Below are positions 1-9,760 of a stretch of DNA of 27,478 nucleotides, piece after piece. Below the pieces are notes generated by a model. It searched no databases and was not told the DNA's origin. It was given only the letters and a program-made list of their open reading frames with translations. The stretch's first letter is position 1. Each line of letters begins with the position of its first letter. Made by a program: the position numbers and the translations under genes. This DNA is from a virus (taxonomy: Duplodnaviria; Caudoviricetes). The stretch covers positions 1 through 27,478 of the IMG/VR virus record IMGVR_UViG_3300023174_000544; one strand, 5' to 3'.

Positions 1-8
1 AGAAAGCC

Positions 9-557
9 ATGTTTCATATGCTAATAGGGATCGATTACTCTATAACCTGCCCCTGCCTCTGTCTTTATGATGAGCGCAAAGAATTTAAATTTAATAATTG
101 TTTTTTCTATTATTTGACCAATACAAAGAAATATGCTGATAAAATTGCCCCAAATATTACTGGGGAATCTTTTCAGGAATATGTTATAGATGTCGATAGA
201 TTTGATACTATATCCCAATGGGCTGCTAATCTTTGCATTGGGGCTGCAGATATAGCCGTAGAAGGATATTCATTTGGTTCCAAGGGCCGAGTTTTTAATC
301 TAGCTGAGAATATGGGAATCCTTAAGCACAAGCTTTATAAGCTCGCCATTCCCGTGACCATAATTGAGCCATCCAGAGTAAAGAAATGCGCCACGGGCAA
401 AGGTAACGCTGATAAACAGGCAATGTACGAAGCCTTCACCAAAGAATCAAAGACCGATCTTTTGTCGGTCTTTGATCAGAAAACTTTGAGTAATCCTGTT
501 ACGGACGTTATCGACAGTTATTATATTCTGAAGGCAATGATTCAGTCTAAAAATTAA
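9..557 (+). CDS. RuvC-like Holliday junction resolvase (RNase H fold)
   Basis: LIGIDYS N-terminal acidic motif, IAVEGY, VKKCATGKGNADK and DVIDSYYI match RuvC-family catalytic motifs. Confidence 0.85.
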   Translation: MFHMLIGIDYSITCPCLCLYDERKEFKFNNCFFYYLTNTKKYADKIAPNITGESFQEYVIDVDRFDTISQWAANLCIGAADIAVEGYSFGSKGRVFNLAENMGILKHKLYKLAIPVTIIEPSRVKKCATGKGNADKQAMYEAFTKESKTDLLSVFDQKTLSNPVTDVIDSYYILKAMIQSKN

Positions 558-856
558 CGAACGTAACGGCCAGCATTTCTTCCAGAGTTGTCCAGTCTTT
601 CGTGGAATCTCTTTGGAACTTGACCACTACCTTTAATTTTATCAATTACTTCTTTCCACGCACTACCATTAACTTTGCTGGGTGTCAAAGTGGTGTCCAT
701 GGCAATAGAATTTTTTTGTTCGGTCCAGTCTTTGACAATTTTCTTTTTCTTGCAGCTTGGGCACTTTTCCTTTAACGGATTGTCGCATTCGCTCATTTTT
801 AAAAAAACTTCAAATTTATGGTCACATGATTCACAGACAAATGAATAATTAGGCAT
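554..856 (-). CDS. FmdB-family zinc-ribbon protein
   Basis: MPNYSFVCESC...CPSC matches the MPxYxYxCxxC...CPxC signature. Confidence 0.85.
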   Translation of the reverse strand: MPNYSFVCESCDHKFEVFLKMSECDNPLKEKCPSCKKKKIVKDWTEQKNSIAMDTTLTPSKVNGSAWKEVIDKIKGSGQVPKRFHERLDNSGRNAGRYVR

Positions 857-1343
857 CTTTTTTCTTTCTAAAAGTAATTAGCATGTTTTCAAATAGAAAA
901 CCATAAGATGGCTCTTTAGGCTTTGTTTTGAGTTCCATTTTTGCTTCTTTGGGAGTTCTATTGCCCTTATCAAGATTGCATTTTCTACATGCTGCTACCA
1001 TATTAACCCAAGAAGAAGCCCCACCTTTAGATCTTGGAGTTACGTGATCCACAGTAGCATCTTTATTGGTCAAGTCCGTACCACAATATTGGCAGCAATA
1101 TTGATCTCTTCGAAGAATATTTTGTCTTGATGGAGCAGCCTTTTTGTAAGGTAATTTCACATAATATTTTAAAATTAATATTTTTGGAATTTTAACAATT
1201 TTAGAAATTGATAAAAGTTCATAACAATCGTTTGAGTCATCGACCCAAACTTTGTCTCTGGTCATAAGTTTATAGGCTTTACTAACGGTAATGATATTCA
1301 GGGGCGTATTATCTTGGTTTAACAAGAGTACCTGTTTCTTCAT
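849..1343 (-). CDS. HNH endonuclease (McrA-like, Zn-binding)
   Basis: RRDQYCCQYCG...TVDHVTPRSKGG...NMVAACRKCNLDKG. Start placed at the ATG at 1343 (MKKQVLLLN), 10 nt after a minus-strand TAAATA, instead of the TTG start at 1445. Confidence 0.9.
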   Translation of the reverse strand: MKKQVLLLNQDNTPLNIITVSKAYKLMTRDKVWVDDSNDCYELLSISKIVKIPKILILKYYVKLPYKKAAPSRQNILRRDQYCCQYCGTDLTNKDATVDHVTPRSKGGASSWVNMVAACRKCNLDKGNRTPKEAKMELKTKPKEPSYGFLFENMLITFRKKKDA

Positions 1344-1353
1344 ACCTTTTAAG

Positions 1354-1373
1354 TATTTATGTAAATCTAAATA
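1354..1373. promoter_or_regulatory. Back-to-back divergent T4-type late promoter boxes
   Basis: ATAAATA on the minus strand (1360-1354) precedes the HNH gene; CTAAATA on the plus strand (1367-1373) lies 9 nt before the ATG at 1383. Confidence 0.7.
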
Positions 1374-1382
1374 TTTCATATC

Positions 1383-2831
1383 ATGGATAATAAGCAAAAT
1401 CGACAATTTTATTGGGAAGTCAAGGATTTTATGGGAAAACCTCATTCTCCCACTGCCCCAGCTTCTAAGCCTTCCGACATTCTTTCCAGTGCCAAAAACA
1501 TTTTGGAACAGAAAAAGACTTATAGGCAGTCGGCTTACAATCCCAATATTACATCATTAAACAATATCAGTCAAGCAATTGTCTCTGGACAGAATGCTAA
1601 TTCAAAGGGTACACCAAATACCCCTGCTCATGGTAAAAATATTGATGGCAATGCTTTTAGATCTTTGCAAGAAAACACAGAATATGCAGAAAAGCATTAT
1701 GGTAAAGTTTTATCTGATATTGCTGGAAAGAATCCAAAAGATCTTTCAGCCAAAGATAGTGCAGAACTATTAATGTATAAAATCATGTCAGGCCAAACTG
1801 AACGTGATCCTAAAATTTATGGCTATGGACAACAAAGTCAAGAATCTAAAGATAAAGCGGCTGCAATCAAAACCCGTTCAGGAATTGAAGCCAGACAAAG
1901 ATTTGACGCAGAAAAAGAAACTGGAGCTGATGTAAGTCAAAAAGAAGCCAGATTGACTTCATATGAAGAAATGCCTGTAGAAAAAGTAGCAGACATTTCA
2001 AGAGAAGCGTGGGCCAAGGCTAACCCACAAAAAATTTCTCCATTTTATAAAACAACCCGAGGTGATTTTTATACTGCAACTGGAAGAGAATACGATGCTC
2101 TTTCCAGAGATGATGTTCAGACTTTTCATAAAATGCAACCGGGAGCGCCAAAAGATTATACAGATTTAAATATTGATTTACCACAATCAATGCAACCATC
2201 AAACATATTGAGTTTGTATTCAAAAAAACCCAAGAATAAAACTTTATATGGTGTAATTCCCACAGATACAACAAGTTTAAGTTTTGTTAAAGAAGGTATT
2301 TTTGATATGTTGGCAAATACCAATGAACCAACAACTCAACCAAGAATGGATTTAGTTTCAAAACCAAAAGCAAATGAAATTTCACCATTGATTGCCAACC
2401 CAACCGTTGAACCCGGAACAAGTGGTTTGGTAAATGGTAAAGAATTAAATGTTGCTCCTCTTTCTACTCCCCCAGAAAGTTTTTCAGACAAAACTGCAGA
2501 ATCAAATAAACTTGTAAGTGATTCTGGTCAGATTAAACCAGCAACCAAGACTCCTACAGAAACTCCTACATCAGAACCTACAATGACTGGTAAAGATGTT
2601 ACTAAAAGAGTTTCTTCATTGGAAGATAAAAATAAAATAACAGATCTTGAAACCGATGTGGCCAAGGCAAGAGGAATATCTACAAGCGGCATTGGTGCAG
2701 AAGGTACTAGAGAACGTACTCTGGCTTTGAAAGCTAGAGGAGAAAAGATTAAAGATGCCAATCTCGCATTACGTGCAGAAAAACAAAAACAAAAGAATTC
2801 ATTAACTGGCAGCAACGAAAGCATGGCCTAA
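1383..2831 (+). CDS. Hypothetical low-complexity protein, probable virion/internal head protein
   Basis: 482-aa ORF behind TAAATA, rich in K/S/T/P/E, with SLQE|N and FVKE|G protease-like sites. Confidence 0.7.
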   Translation: MDNKQNRQFYWEVKDFMGKPHSPTAPASKPSDILSSAKNILEQKKTYRQSAYNPNITSLNNISQAIVSGQNANSKGTPNTPAHGKNIDGNAFRSLQENTEYAEKHYGKVLSDIAGKNPKDLSAKDSAELLMYKIMSGQTERDPKIYGYGQQSQESKDKAAAIKTRSGIEARQRFDAEKETGADVSQKEARLTSYEEMPVEKVADISREAWAKANPQKISPFYKTTRGDFYTATGREYDALSRDDVQTFHKMQPGAPKDYTDLNIDLPQSMQPSNILSLYSKKPKNKTLYGVIPTDTTSLSFVKEGIFDMLANTNEPTTQPRMDLVSKPKANEISPLIANPTVEPGTSGLVNGKELNVAPLSTPPESFSDKTAESNKLVSDSGQIKPATKTPTETPTSEPTMTGKDVTKRVSSLEDKNKITDLETDVAKARGISTSGIGAEGTRERTLALKARGEKIKDANLALRAEKQKQKNSLTGSNESMA

Positions 2832-2847
2832 ATAAACAGGATAAATC

Positions 2848-4863
2848 ATGAACCACTTAACAAATCTATACAGACACCGCGCAGAACAACTTCAAGAACA
2901 AGTTAACATGCTTGAAGCCATGTTGAAAGATTTACATGAAGCTACTCCTACCGCACCAAAATATGGTACCGAAAAGCGTCAAAGCGGATCTGGTATGGGT
3001 GATTCTGATAAAATGGTCGATTGGACTGGTGGTACCGTAAATGCTAATAAATCTTGGTCTCAAAGCTCGGGTGGACCAGCTATTGCAGATAGCGAAGCCG
3101 GTGATAGAGAAATTGAAAGCCGAATGAGAAATCTTAAAAAGACTGGTCTTTTTGGTGCAGAGATTTCTGATGATAAACAATCTGCTGAATATAGAGAATT
3201 AAAAGGTGAACAAGAAAGAAGAAAAGCAGCAAGATCTACAGCATCTCAACCTGCAAAAGCACCAGCTAAACCACCAGTAAAACAAACATCAGGCGGTTCT
3301 GGGACAGCAAGTGCAGTTCCAACAGCACAAGAAGTTAAACAAACACAACAAACCGCAGACAATACAGGAAAAGCAACCGCACTCCCAACAAATGTTACAA
3401 AATCTGGAATGGGATTGACAGATGAAGATGGTCGTCCAATTTCTGTATCTCCAAAGCCAACAGCAGCTGCTCCAGCTAAACCAGCTGGAGGAAAAGAAGC
3501 TCAGTGGAGCATGGATCCTAAACTTATTGCTTTAGGTATTGGTGGTGGTCTGTATGCTGGAAATAAAGCAATTGAATGGGCAAAAAGACAAAGAGGAACT
3601 TCCTCAAAACCAGCTGAAGCTCCAAAAGCCGGAGAAGCACCAAAACCAACTGAGGCTGCTAAAGTTGGAGAAACACCAAAACCAACTGAGAATGTTAAAG
3701 TTGGAGAAACAACAAAACCAGTTAAAACTCAAAAAACTGGTAAAGCTACTGCAGCAGAAGCACCAGATTTGTTGCGTGTAGAGCCAAATCAAGCTGCTGC
3801 TGAAGCTAAATGGGGTGTCGGACAAGCTAATGCAGCTGTCGAAGCTCCTGCTGAATGGAGAACTTCTGGTCAATTTAACACAAGAAGTGTCAGTCCAGAA
3901 ATTGCAGCCAACTATATTGAAAATCCAATTGATTTTGATGCATCTGGTAAACCAAGTGAAACATTCCCAAGAGTTGGTGGAAGACAACAGCCAGCTAGCA
4001 AAGCTGGAATTCAACGTGGCAAAAATACTCCAATGCAAGCTTCATTTGGAGAGCCACCAGTCTCGGCTGAAGCACCAAAAGCTGCTCCACAAGCAGCTGA
4101 AGTAGCACCAAAAGCTGGTTCCTATAGCACTGCTGATGGTAAAGTAGTATCTCCAAAATCTACAGGAAAATCTGTTGCTGGTAAAATAGGTAAAATAGGT
4201 TTAGATGTAGCAGGTATGATGGCTGCAGATGCTACTGCATCAGAAACTGCAAAAGCAGTAGGTTTTGGTAGAACCGATTCTGCACTTATTGGAAGTGCTG
4301 CATCCTTGGCACCTATGGCTGCAAGTGCAGGTACAAATGCTGCCATTGCTGGTGGATATGTTGCTGGTAGACTTATAGATAAAGCTAGTGAAGCATCGGG
4401 ATTATCAGATCTCCAAAGAGCTGGAATGCAAAAAGCGGCAAATTGGTGGACTGCCGATCAGAGAAAAGGTGTATCTTCAACAGAAGAGGCATCTAAGGCT
4501 GCTGCAAAAACTGCCGAAGAAGCCAAAACAGCTCGCTCAAGAGATCTTGAAAAAGGATTTGCATCACCAGAAGAAGCAGAAGAATTTGCTAAAAAGATGA
4601 AAGATCCTGAATTCCGCAGAAGACAACAACATGCAATGGGAAATGCAGCTAATGCTGAATTGGAAAAACAAGAAGGCGGATATGCTTTTGCTGCACGCGG
4701 ACTGGACGCAATGACTGGTAGATCAGGAGATTGGCTAGATCAAAGCGGTGAAGCAATTGAAAATGCAACTACTGCAGCAGTAGACTGGACCAAAGAAAAT
4801 ATTCCTGGAGCAAAATGGGTCGGGAATAAAGCAGGAAGTCTGTTGGGTTGGTTGAATAAATAA
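2848..4863 (+). CDS. Ala/Lys/Pro-rich protein, probable internal/ejection virion protein
   Basis: 671-aa ORF; TAAATA at 2829-2834; N-terminal coiled coil ending DLHE|A; Gly/Ala-rich hydrophobic stretches (LIALGIGGGLYAG, AAIAGGYVAG). Confidence 0.7.
   Translation: MNHLTNLYRHRAEQLQEQVNMLEAMLKDLHEATPTAPKYGTEKRQSGSGMGDSDKMVDWTGGTVNANKSWSQSSGGPAIADSEAGDREIESRMRNLKKTGLFGAEISDDKQSAEYRELKGEQERRKAARSTASQPAKAPAKPPVKQTSGGSGTASAVPTAQEVKQTQQTADNTGKATALPTNVTKSGMGLTDEDGRPISVSPKPTAAAPAKPAGGKEAQWSMDPKLIALGIGGGLYAGNKAIEWAKRQRGTSSKPAEAPKAGEAPKPTEAAKVGETPKPTENVKVGETTKPVKTQKTGKATAAEAPDLLRVEPNQAAAEAKWGVGQANAAVEAPAEWRTSGQFNTRSVSPEIAANYIENPIDFDASGKPSETFPRVGGRQQPASKAGIQRGKNTPMQASFGEPPVSAEAPKAAPQAAEVAPKAGSYSTADGKVVSPKSTGKSVAGKIGKIGLDVAGMMAADATASETAKAVGFGRTDSALIGSAASLAPMAASAGTNAAIAGGYVAGRLIDKASEASGLSDLQRAGMQKAANWWTADQRKGVSSTEEASKAAAKTAEEAKTARSRDLEKGFASPEEAEEFAKKMKDPEFRRRQQHAMGNAANAELEKQEGGYAFAARGLDAMTGRSGDWLDQSGEAIENATTAAVDWTKENIPGAKWVGNKAGSLLGWLNK
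3610..3720 (+). repeat. In-frame ~36-nt tandem repeat (about 3 copies, KVGETPKPTExx)
   Basis: aaagttggagaaacaccaaaaccaactgag repeated with variation. Confidence 0.75.
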
Positions 4864-4879
4864 AAAAAGTATATAATAC

Positions 4880-6073
4880 ATGAAAAAGCTTCCTGCAATA
4901 ATTAAAACTATTTTAGAAAATCGTTTTAATGAACAATTAAATGGTGATGTTTCTCCTCAATCAGAAGGAAATCATTATAATTTATTTGAATTTGTGGGAA
5001 CACTTGTTAGGGCTGCAGCAAAAGTTGCAGAAAAAGGTTTAAGTGCTGCAGAAACAGCAGCAGAAAAAGCTGCAGTTCGTGGAATAGAAGGAGCGGGTGA
5101 AAGGGTTGTTGGTGGTGCAATAAAAGGTGCCGAAACTGGAGTTGCATCTGCTGCTGAAACGGCATCAAGAGAAGCATTAAAAAAAGCACAGCAAGTTGCT
5201 GCTAAACATCTTGAAAATGGTTTACGTGGTGACGCTTTAATTGATGCAATAATAAAAGATACTGGAGCAGTTGATAGTGATATAATGACGCAGGCTGCGG
5301 TTGATGCTGCACAACAAGCTGAAGCAAATGCAACTAAAGTAGTTGCTGGAACAATGGCTCCACCAGCTCCTCCTCCAACAAAACCCATTATACCTGAAAC
5401 TATTCCAGAAACACCGGTTGAAATTCCTTCAACTCCTATTGTTGAACCAAAGACACCACCCTCAAGACCTCCTGTTACTCCAGAAGTTCCTGTTCAACCA
5501 AATCCAAAAACACCACCAAAAGTTGAACCAAATCCAAAGGTTCCAGAATTTGAACCAAAACCAAAAGTTGAGCCAGCACCAAAGGTTCCAGAATTTGAAC
5601 CAAAGCCAAAGGTTGAACCAAAGCCAAGCATTCCAGAAGTTGAACCAAAGCCAAAAGTTGAACCAAAGCCAAAGACTAAACCAGATACGGCAACTGGTGA
5701 TGAATCTATTACCGATACTGGTGTAGAAAAAGAAACCAAGTTTGATACTCGTACAAAAACCGATGGATCAACTGAAACACGTACTAGAACTGAAACAAAA
5801 ACAGAAACTAGTGGTGAAACCCGCAACCGCACCAAAACTCGTACAGGTGAAAGAACTGGCGAAGGAACTGAAAAACCTCCTAGACCTGTTAGACCAAAAC
5901 CAGAGACTCCAAAACCAAGAATTCCTCCACTATTGCCATTTCCTTTTGGTGGTGGCTCACCAGCTGAAAGAGGATCTTCAGATTATGAAGAAGCCAAACG
6001 CAGATCTGATATTGATGTAAATCTTGGACTGGAAGCTATTGGTCAGTTTGCACGACGACAAGTTTTAAGATAA
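4880..6073 (+). CDS. Pro/Lys/Glu/Thr-rich protein, probable virion protein
   Basis: 397-aa ORF; TAAATA at 4857-4862; TILE| and NLFE| sites; Ala-rich N-terminal half, PKVEP repeats and a TRT-rich segment. Confidence 0.7.
   Translation: MKKLPAIIKTILENRFNEQLNGDVSPQSEGNHYNLFEFVGTLVRAAAKVAEKGLSAAETAAEKAAVRGIEGAGERVVGGAIKGAETGVASAAETASREALKKAQQVAAKHLENGLRGDALIDAIIKDTGAVDSDIMTQAAVDAAQQAEANATKVVAGTMAPPAPPPTKPIIPETIPETPVEIPSTPIVEPKTPPSRPPVTPEVPVQPNPKTPPKVEPNPKVPEFEPKPKVEPAPKVPEFEPKPKVEPKPSIPEVEPKPKVEPKPKTKPDTATGDESITDTGVEKETKFDTRTKTDGSTETRTRTETKTETSGETRNRTKTRTGERTGEGTEKPPRPVRPKPETPKPRIPPLLPFPFGGGSPAERGSSDYEEAKRRSDIDVNLGLEAIGQFARRQVLR
5516..5674 (+). repeat. In-frame 45-nt tandem repeat (about 3.5 copies, PKVEPxPKVPEFEPK)
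   Basis: ccaaaagttgaacca...ccaaaggttccagaatttgaaccaaa recurs at 45-nt spacing. Confidence 0.8.
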
Positions 6074-6076
6074 TTA

Positions 6077-6104
6077 TTGCATAATTTATAATTTGTTGTA
6101 TACT
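6077..6104 (+). promoter_or_regulatory. sigma70-like promoter
   Basis: TTGCAT-N16-TATACT in the intergenic gap upstream of the exonuclease. Confidence 0.6.
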
Positions 6105-6120
6105 TATTTGGTGAAATTAT

Positions 6121-6789
6121 ATGCATATTATTCCTATAAAAACATTTGTTCATAAACCAATAGAATTCAATGGTGCTTTAAAAGAATTAAGTGTAGATGG
6201 TAAACGTCTATATGAAACTCCCGAAGGAGTTTTTCCCTCTGTAACAACAGTAGTTGGATTTCAAAAGCAAAAATTCTTTGCTGAATGGCGAAATAAAAAC
6301 CCAGAAGAAAGTAAACGGGTAACTTCTCGGGGAACCAAATTTCATTCTATAATAGAACAATATTTGAAGAATGAAGAAATAGATTTTGATAATCTACATT
6401 CTAATTTTAAATCTTTATTCTCAATACTTCGTCCTGAACTAGACAAGATAGACAATATTATAGCCTTGGAAACTCCTTTGTGGTCCAAGACTTTAGGGCT
6501 TGCAGGCAGAACAGACTGCATTGCCGAATATGATGGCAAGCTATCCATCATTGATTTTAAGGCAAGTACAAAAGAAAAACGAGCAAGAGATATTGATAAT
6601 TATTTTGCTCAGGCTTGTGCGTATGCACTGATGTTTCAAGAAAGAACTGGAATTATTGTAGATAATTTTGCAATTTTAATTGCTTGCGAAGATGGTCTTC
6701 GACAAGTGTTTCAAGATAGACCGATAAAATATGTCAAGCATTTAAAAAGTCTTATTACTGAATATGGAAATTTAAATGGCGTATCGTGA
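6121..6789 (+). CDS. PD-(D/E)xK exonuclease (RecB/Cas4-like phage exonuclease)
   Basis: PSVTTV, RGTKFH, LAGRTDCIAEYDGKLSIIDFK and YFAQACAYA motifs. Confidence 0.9.
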   Translation: MHIIPIKTFVHKPIEFNGALKELSVDGKRLYETPEGVFPSVTTVVGFQKQKFFAEWRNKNPEESKRVTSRGTKFHSIIEQYLKNEEIDFDNLHSNFKSLFSILRPELDKIDNIIALETPLWSKTLGLAGRTDCIAEYDGKLSIIDFKASTKEKRARDIDNYFAQACAYALMFQERTGIIVDNFAILIACEDGLRQVFQDRPIKYVKHLKSLITEYGNLNGVS

Positions 6790-7378
6790 AGAAAAAACCA
6801 TATGGGATCAAGTGAATAGTCGTGGATCCAAATTATGGATTCAGATGAATGACAGTTCTAAGGCTAGAAAGCATAGAGAACAGTTTATACAAACTCATGG
6901 TGGATTCTTTAAACAAGATGGCAGATATTGGGTTTGGGTCAATCCAGTTAAAGAACATAATGGATATTGGCTAAAAAGAGTGGATACAGGGGAAAAAACT
7001 TTTTTTGAAAATATGAATGAATTTGCAATAAGTCAGGGAATGACCTCTGTTAAAATTTGTGAACTGTTAAATGGCAAAAGAAAAACCTATAAGGGTTGGA
7101 CTGCTGTAGAAGTACGAGAAGTTAAGGAAACTATAGGTGCACATGAAAAACAACAAGAACCAAAGAAAAAGAAAATAATCCCTGTCAAAACAGTTGTATT
7201 TCAAGATAAAGTCACCAATGAAATATTTACTGTAACAAATTTGAGGCAGTTTTCAATCAACAATGGTTTTGACTATAATAACATTAAAAGTTTGGCCAAT
7301 GGTAGGCTTAAAAGTGTTAAAAACTTGAAATTATTCAATCCATTGGAAAAATATAAGGATTCTCCAGAGCCTAAATAA
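6776..7378 (+). CDS. Protein with two NUMOD1/IENR1-like DNA-binding repeats
   Basis: GEKTFFENMNEFAISQGM...LLNGKRKTYKGW and NEIFTVTNLRQFSINNGF...LANGRLKSVKNL resemble homing-endonuclease-associated helix-turn-helix modules. Confidence 0.65.
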   Translation: MAYREEKTIWDQVNSRGSKLWIQMNDSSKARKHREQFIQTHGGFFKQDGRYWVWVNPVKEHNGYWLKRVDTGEKTFFENMNEFAISQGMTSVKICELLNGKRKTYKGWTAVEVREVKETIGAHEKQQEPKKKKIIPVKTVVFQDKVTNEIFTVTNLRQFSINNGFDYNNIKSLANGRLKSVKNLKLFNPLEKYKDSPEPK

Positions 7379-7384
7379 TTGGAG

Positions 7385-9760
7385 ATGAACTTTAAAACAC
7401 TTTTATCCCAAATTTTTAATAATGTACTGGTAAATGAAGCAGTACAACAGGCTGGAACCGCTGAAAAGAAAGAACGGGCCAAATCTGCTTCTGGTGACTC
7501 CAAAGCCCGTGACGCGGCTCGTAAGCGTATAGAACGGGCTAAAGAAACACCAAGGGAACGCAGACCCAAGCAAGATCTTATTAAAGACGTTGTTTTAGTC
7601 AAAACTAAATCGGGAAACGTACAGTTAATTTTTAAAGATTCATTTAATGCTGGGGTGCATGAAAAATTAAATAAAGCTCCTCTTTCCATTGAAGAAGCGC
7701 AAAAAGTCACACAAGAGCAAAACTTTGAACAAACCAGAGCTTCCAAGCTTTTGTTTGGTGATGTAAAACAAAAAGAAGGTGGCGAAAAGGGTGACCGCAA
7801 TAAGAAATCTTCTGAAGAGAAAAAAGAAAGAGAGGAAGCAAGACCTAAAAATCAAGATGAAAAAGAAAGATCCGAAAAGACAAAAGCAAAGAAAATGTCT
7901 AAGGATCAAATGTTGCAGGCCATGACTCAAATGTCACCTGAGCAGCTTGTTGGTATGCCTCCTGAATTGCGCGCAGAATATTTTAAAATGATGCGCAAGC
8001 CACCTGCTAACAATGACTTTGATAGATTATCATATGAAAATATAACAGTTGAGTATGGGTTGAGCAATACAAGCAATGCTCCCTATAATCAACAAGTTTT
8101 AAATGCTCTGGTGTTCTTGGCCAAACTAAAAGTTGGATCCAGCGATCAAGAAATGCAAACATATCTTGCTCTTGCTCCTGATGCAAGAGAGTTTACCAGA
8201 TCGGCATTCTTCACTGCACGAAAGATTCTTTCTCAAATTGGAGATCAATGTCTTCAAAATCTTTTGACAAATGTTGAAACCACAGGAAAGCCTGTCAATG
8301 CAGAAGGTGCGGCTGACATGGAATGTGGTAATTATAAATTCAAGGTTGCTGCTGGTGGAGAAATGTCTCTATCCACAAATCAATTTGATCAATCAAATAA
8401 AAACTTTAAAGGATATGTTGCAGCTGCTTTGACCCAAGCATTGAGCAATCCTCAGACAGTCAGCAATGATCCCAAGCTTGCTCAAGTATTCCAGAAAATG
8501 CAACAAGGGCAACAATCATTTTCTGAAATTCTTGTTCCAGATGAATTGGTTGGACAGATCAAACAAGATCCAAAACTATTCAAGAAACTTCAACAAATGC
8601 AAATCAAGGGACCGGATGGCAAAGTCTCTGGAACAGTTTTTGATGAAGAAGGTAATCTCAATCCATTGGCCTCAGCATCTTCCTATAGTAAAGCATGGGA
8701 AGAAAGTGCCAAAGAATTGATGAAAGGCAAAAAGAATACTTTAAAAACCCAAGTTATTGGAAATCTTTTAAAGACTGTTTTGCGTGGAGATAATATTACG
8801 GATCCCAAACTTGCTCCAAACCATCTAATAACAGTCAATGGAATTATTCCAATGACCGATGATTATTTTAATACAGTTTCATTGGAATCAACTTTAGATG
8901 TAAGCACTGCCAAAGATGTAATGACATCTTCGAATATTGGAACATATAAACCATCTGCAGCAGAAACATTAAAGAAATTTACTACCGTAGTAGAAGCTGT
9001 AGAAGAGAAGAAACCATCTCTTGAGAGCATGTTAGTGAAGAAAGGATCAATAGATCCAGTTCAATACATGGTAAACTATTTGGTAAAAAATAATGACTTT
9101 TTATTGAATGCAAGTTTACTTCCAGGATTTAATGCCAAAGATTTGAATGCTGTTCAATACAATTACGTCACCGTTGGCAATAAGACAACCAAGATTCCAG
9201 TATTGAAAGGTGAAAACATCACCAATGAAGTTCTTGGAGAAGCAGCAATATTCATTAATGATCTGTTGGTCGAATCTCTTACAAACAATTTTGTATTGTC
9301 AAATCTATTAAGAAACGAATTGATAACAGATAGTGAAGCAGGAATTATTCTTGACTCTAGAACTTCCTTGAATGAAAGTCATGAACCATTCATGATTAAC
9401 TTCCAATCAATCTACCACAATGCAGTTAACCGCATGGCAGAGTACCCAGAACTCTTGGAAATGTTAATTAATGAATTGGTAGCTGAAGAATACGAGCGAG
9501 ATTATAAAAAAGAATATCGCAATTACCACGGTAAGCCCAAACAAAGAAGAGAACGTGCAGCCAGAACAGCAGCACGAGAACTAATGAAAAAGAAGGGTCG
9601 TGCTAAAAAGGGAGATGGCAAAGATATTGACCATAAGAAACCCCTTCGCAGCGGTGGCTCTAAAGGTATAAATAATTTACGTGTCAGAGATAAATCCTCT
9701 AATCGCTCGGATAACGGTCACAAAAAAGGTGAGACTCAAAATAAAGGCAGCTGGAAATGA
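7385..9760 (+). CDS. Large multidomain late protein with a C-terminal HNH-like domain
   Basis: TAAATA at 7372-7377, then GGAG and ATG at 7385. C-terminus reads RDYKKEY...GDGKDIDHKKPLRSGG...NLRV...NRSDNGH; LVNE|, SLNE| and LINE| sites present. Confidence 0.75.
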   Translation: MNFKTLLSQIFNNVLVNEAVQQAGTAEKKERAKSASGDSKARDAARKRIERAKETPRERRPKQDLIKDVVLVKTKSGNVQLIFKDSFNAGVHEKLNKAPLSIEEAQKVTQEQNFEQTRASKLLFGDVKQKEGGEKGDRNKKSSEEKKEREEARPKNQDEKERSEKTKAKKMSKDQMLQAMTQMSPEQLVGMPPELRAEYFKMMRKPPANNDFDRLSYENITVEYGLSNTSNAPYNQQVLNALVFLAKLKVGSSDQEMQTYLALAPDAREFTRSAFFTARKILSQIGDQCLQNLLTNVETTGKPVNAEGAADMECGNYKFKVAAGGEMSLSTNQFDQSNKNFKGYVAAALTQALSNPQTVSNDPKLAQVFQKMQQGQQSFSEILVPDELVGQIKQDPKLFKKLQQMQIKGPDGKVSGTVFDEEGNLNPLASASSYSKAWEESAKELMKGKKNTLKTQVIGNLLKTVLRGDNITDPKLAPNHLITVNGIIPMTDDYFNTVSLESTLDVSTAKDVMTSSNIGTYKPSAAETLKKFTTVVEAVEEKKPSLESMLVKKGSIDPVQYMVNYLVKNNDFLLNASLLPGFNAKDLNAVQYNYVTVGNKTTKIPVLKGENITNEVLGEAAIFINDLLVESLTNNFVLSNLLRNELITDSEAGIILDSRTSLNESHEPFMINFQSIYHNAVNRMAEYPELLEMLINELVAEEYERDYKKEYRNYHGKPKQRRERAARTAARELMKKKGRAKKGDGKDIDHKKPLRSGGSKGINNLRVRDKSSNRSDNGHKKGETQNKGSWK

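Noticed and set aside
5516-5674. Possible CRISPR-like or regulatory repeat array
   Set aside because: The repeats are in-frame coding units with synonymous variation and no unique spacers.
2020-6020. Many alternative-frame and antisense ORFs over the low-complexity genes
   Set aside because: These are shadow ORFs produced by biased codon usage (GCA/CCA/AAA); they have no promoter or RBS support.
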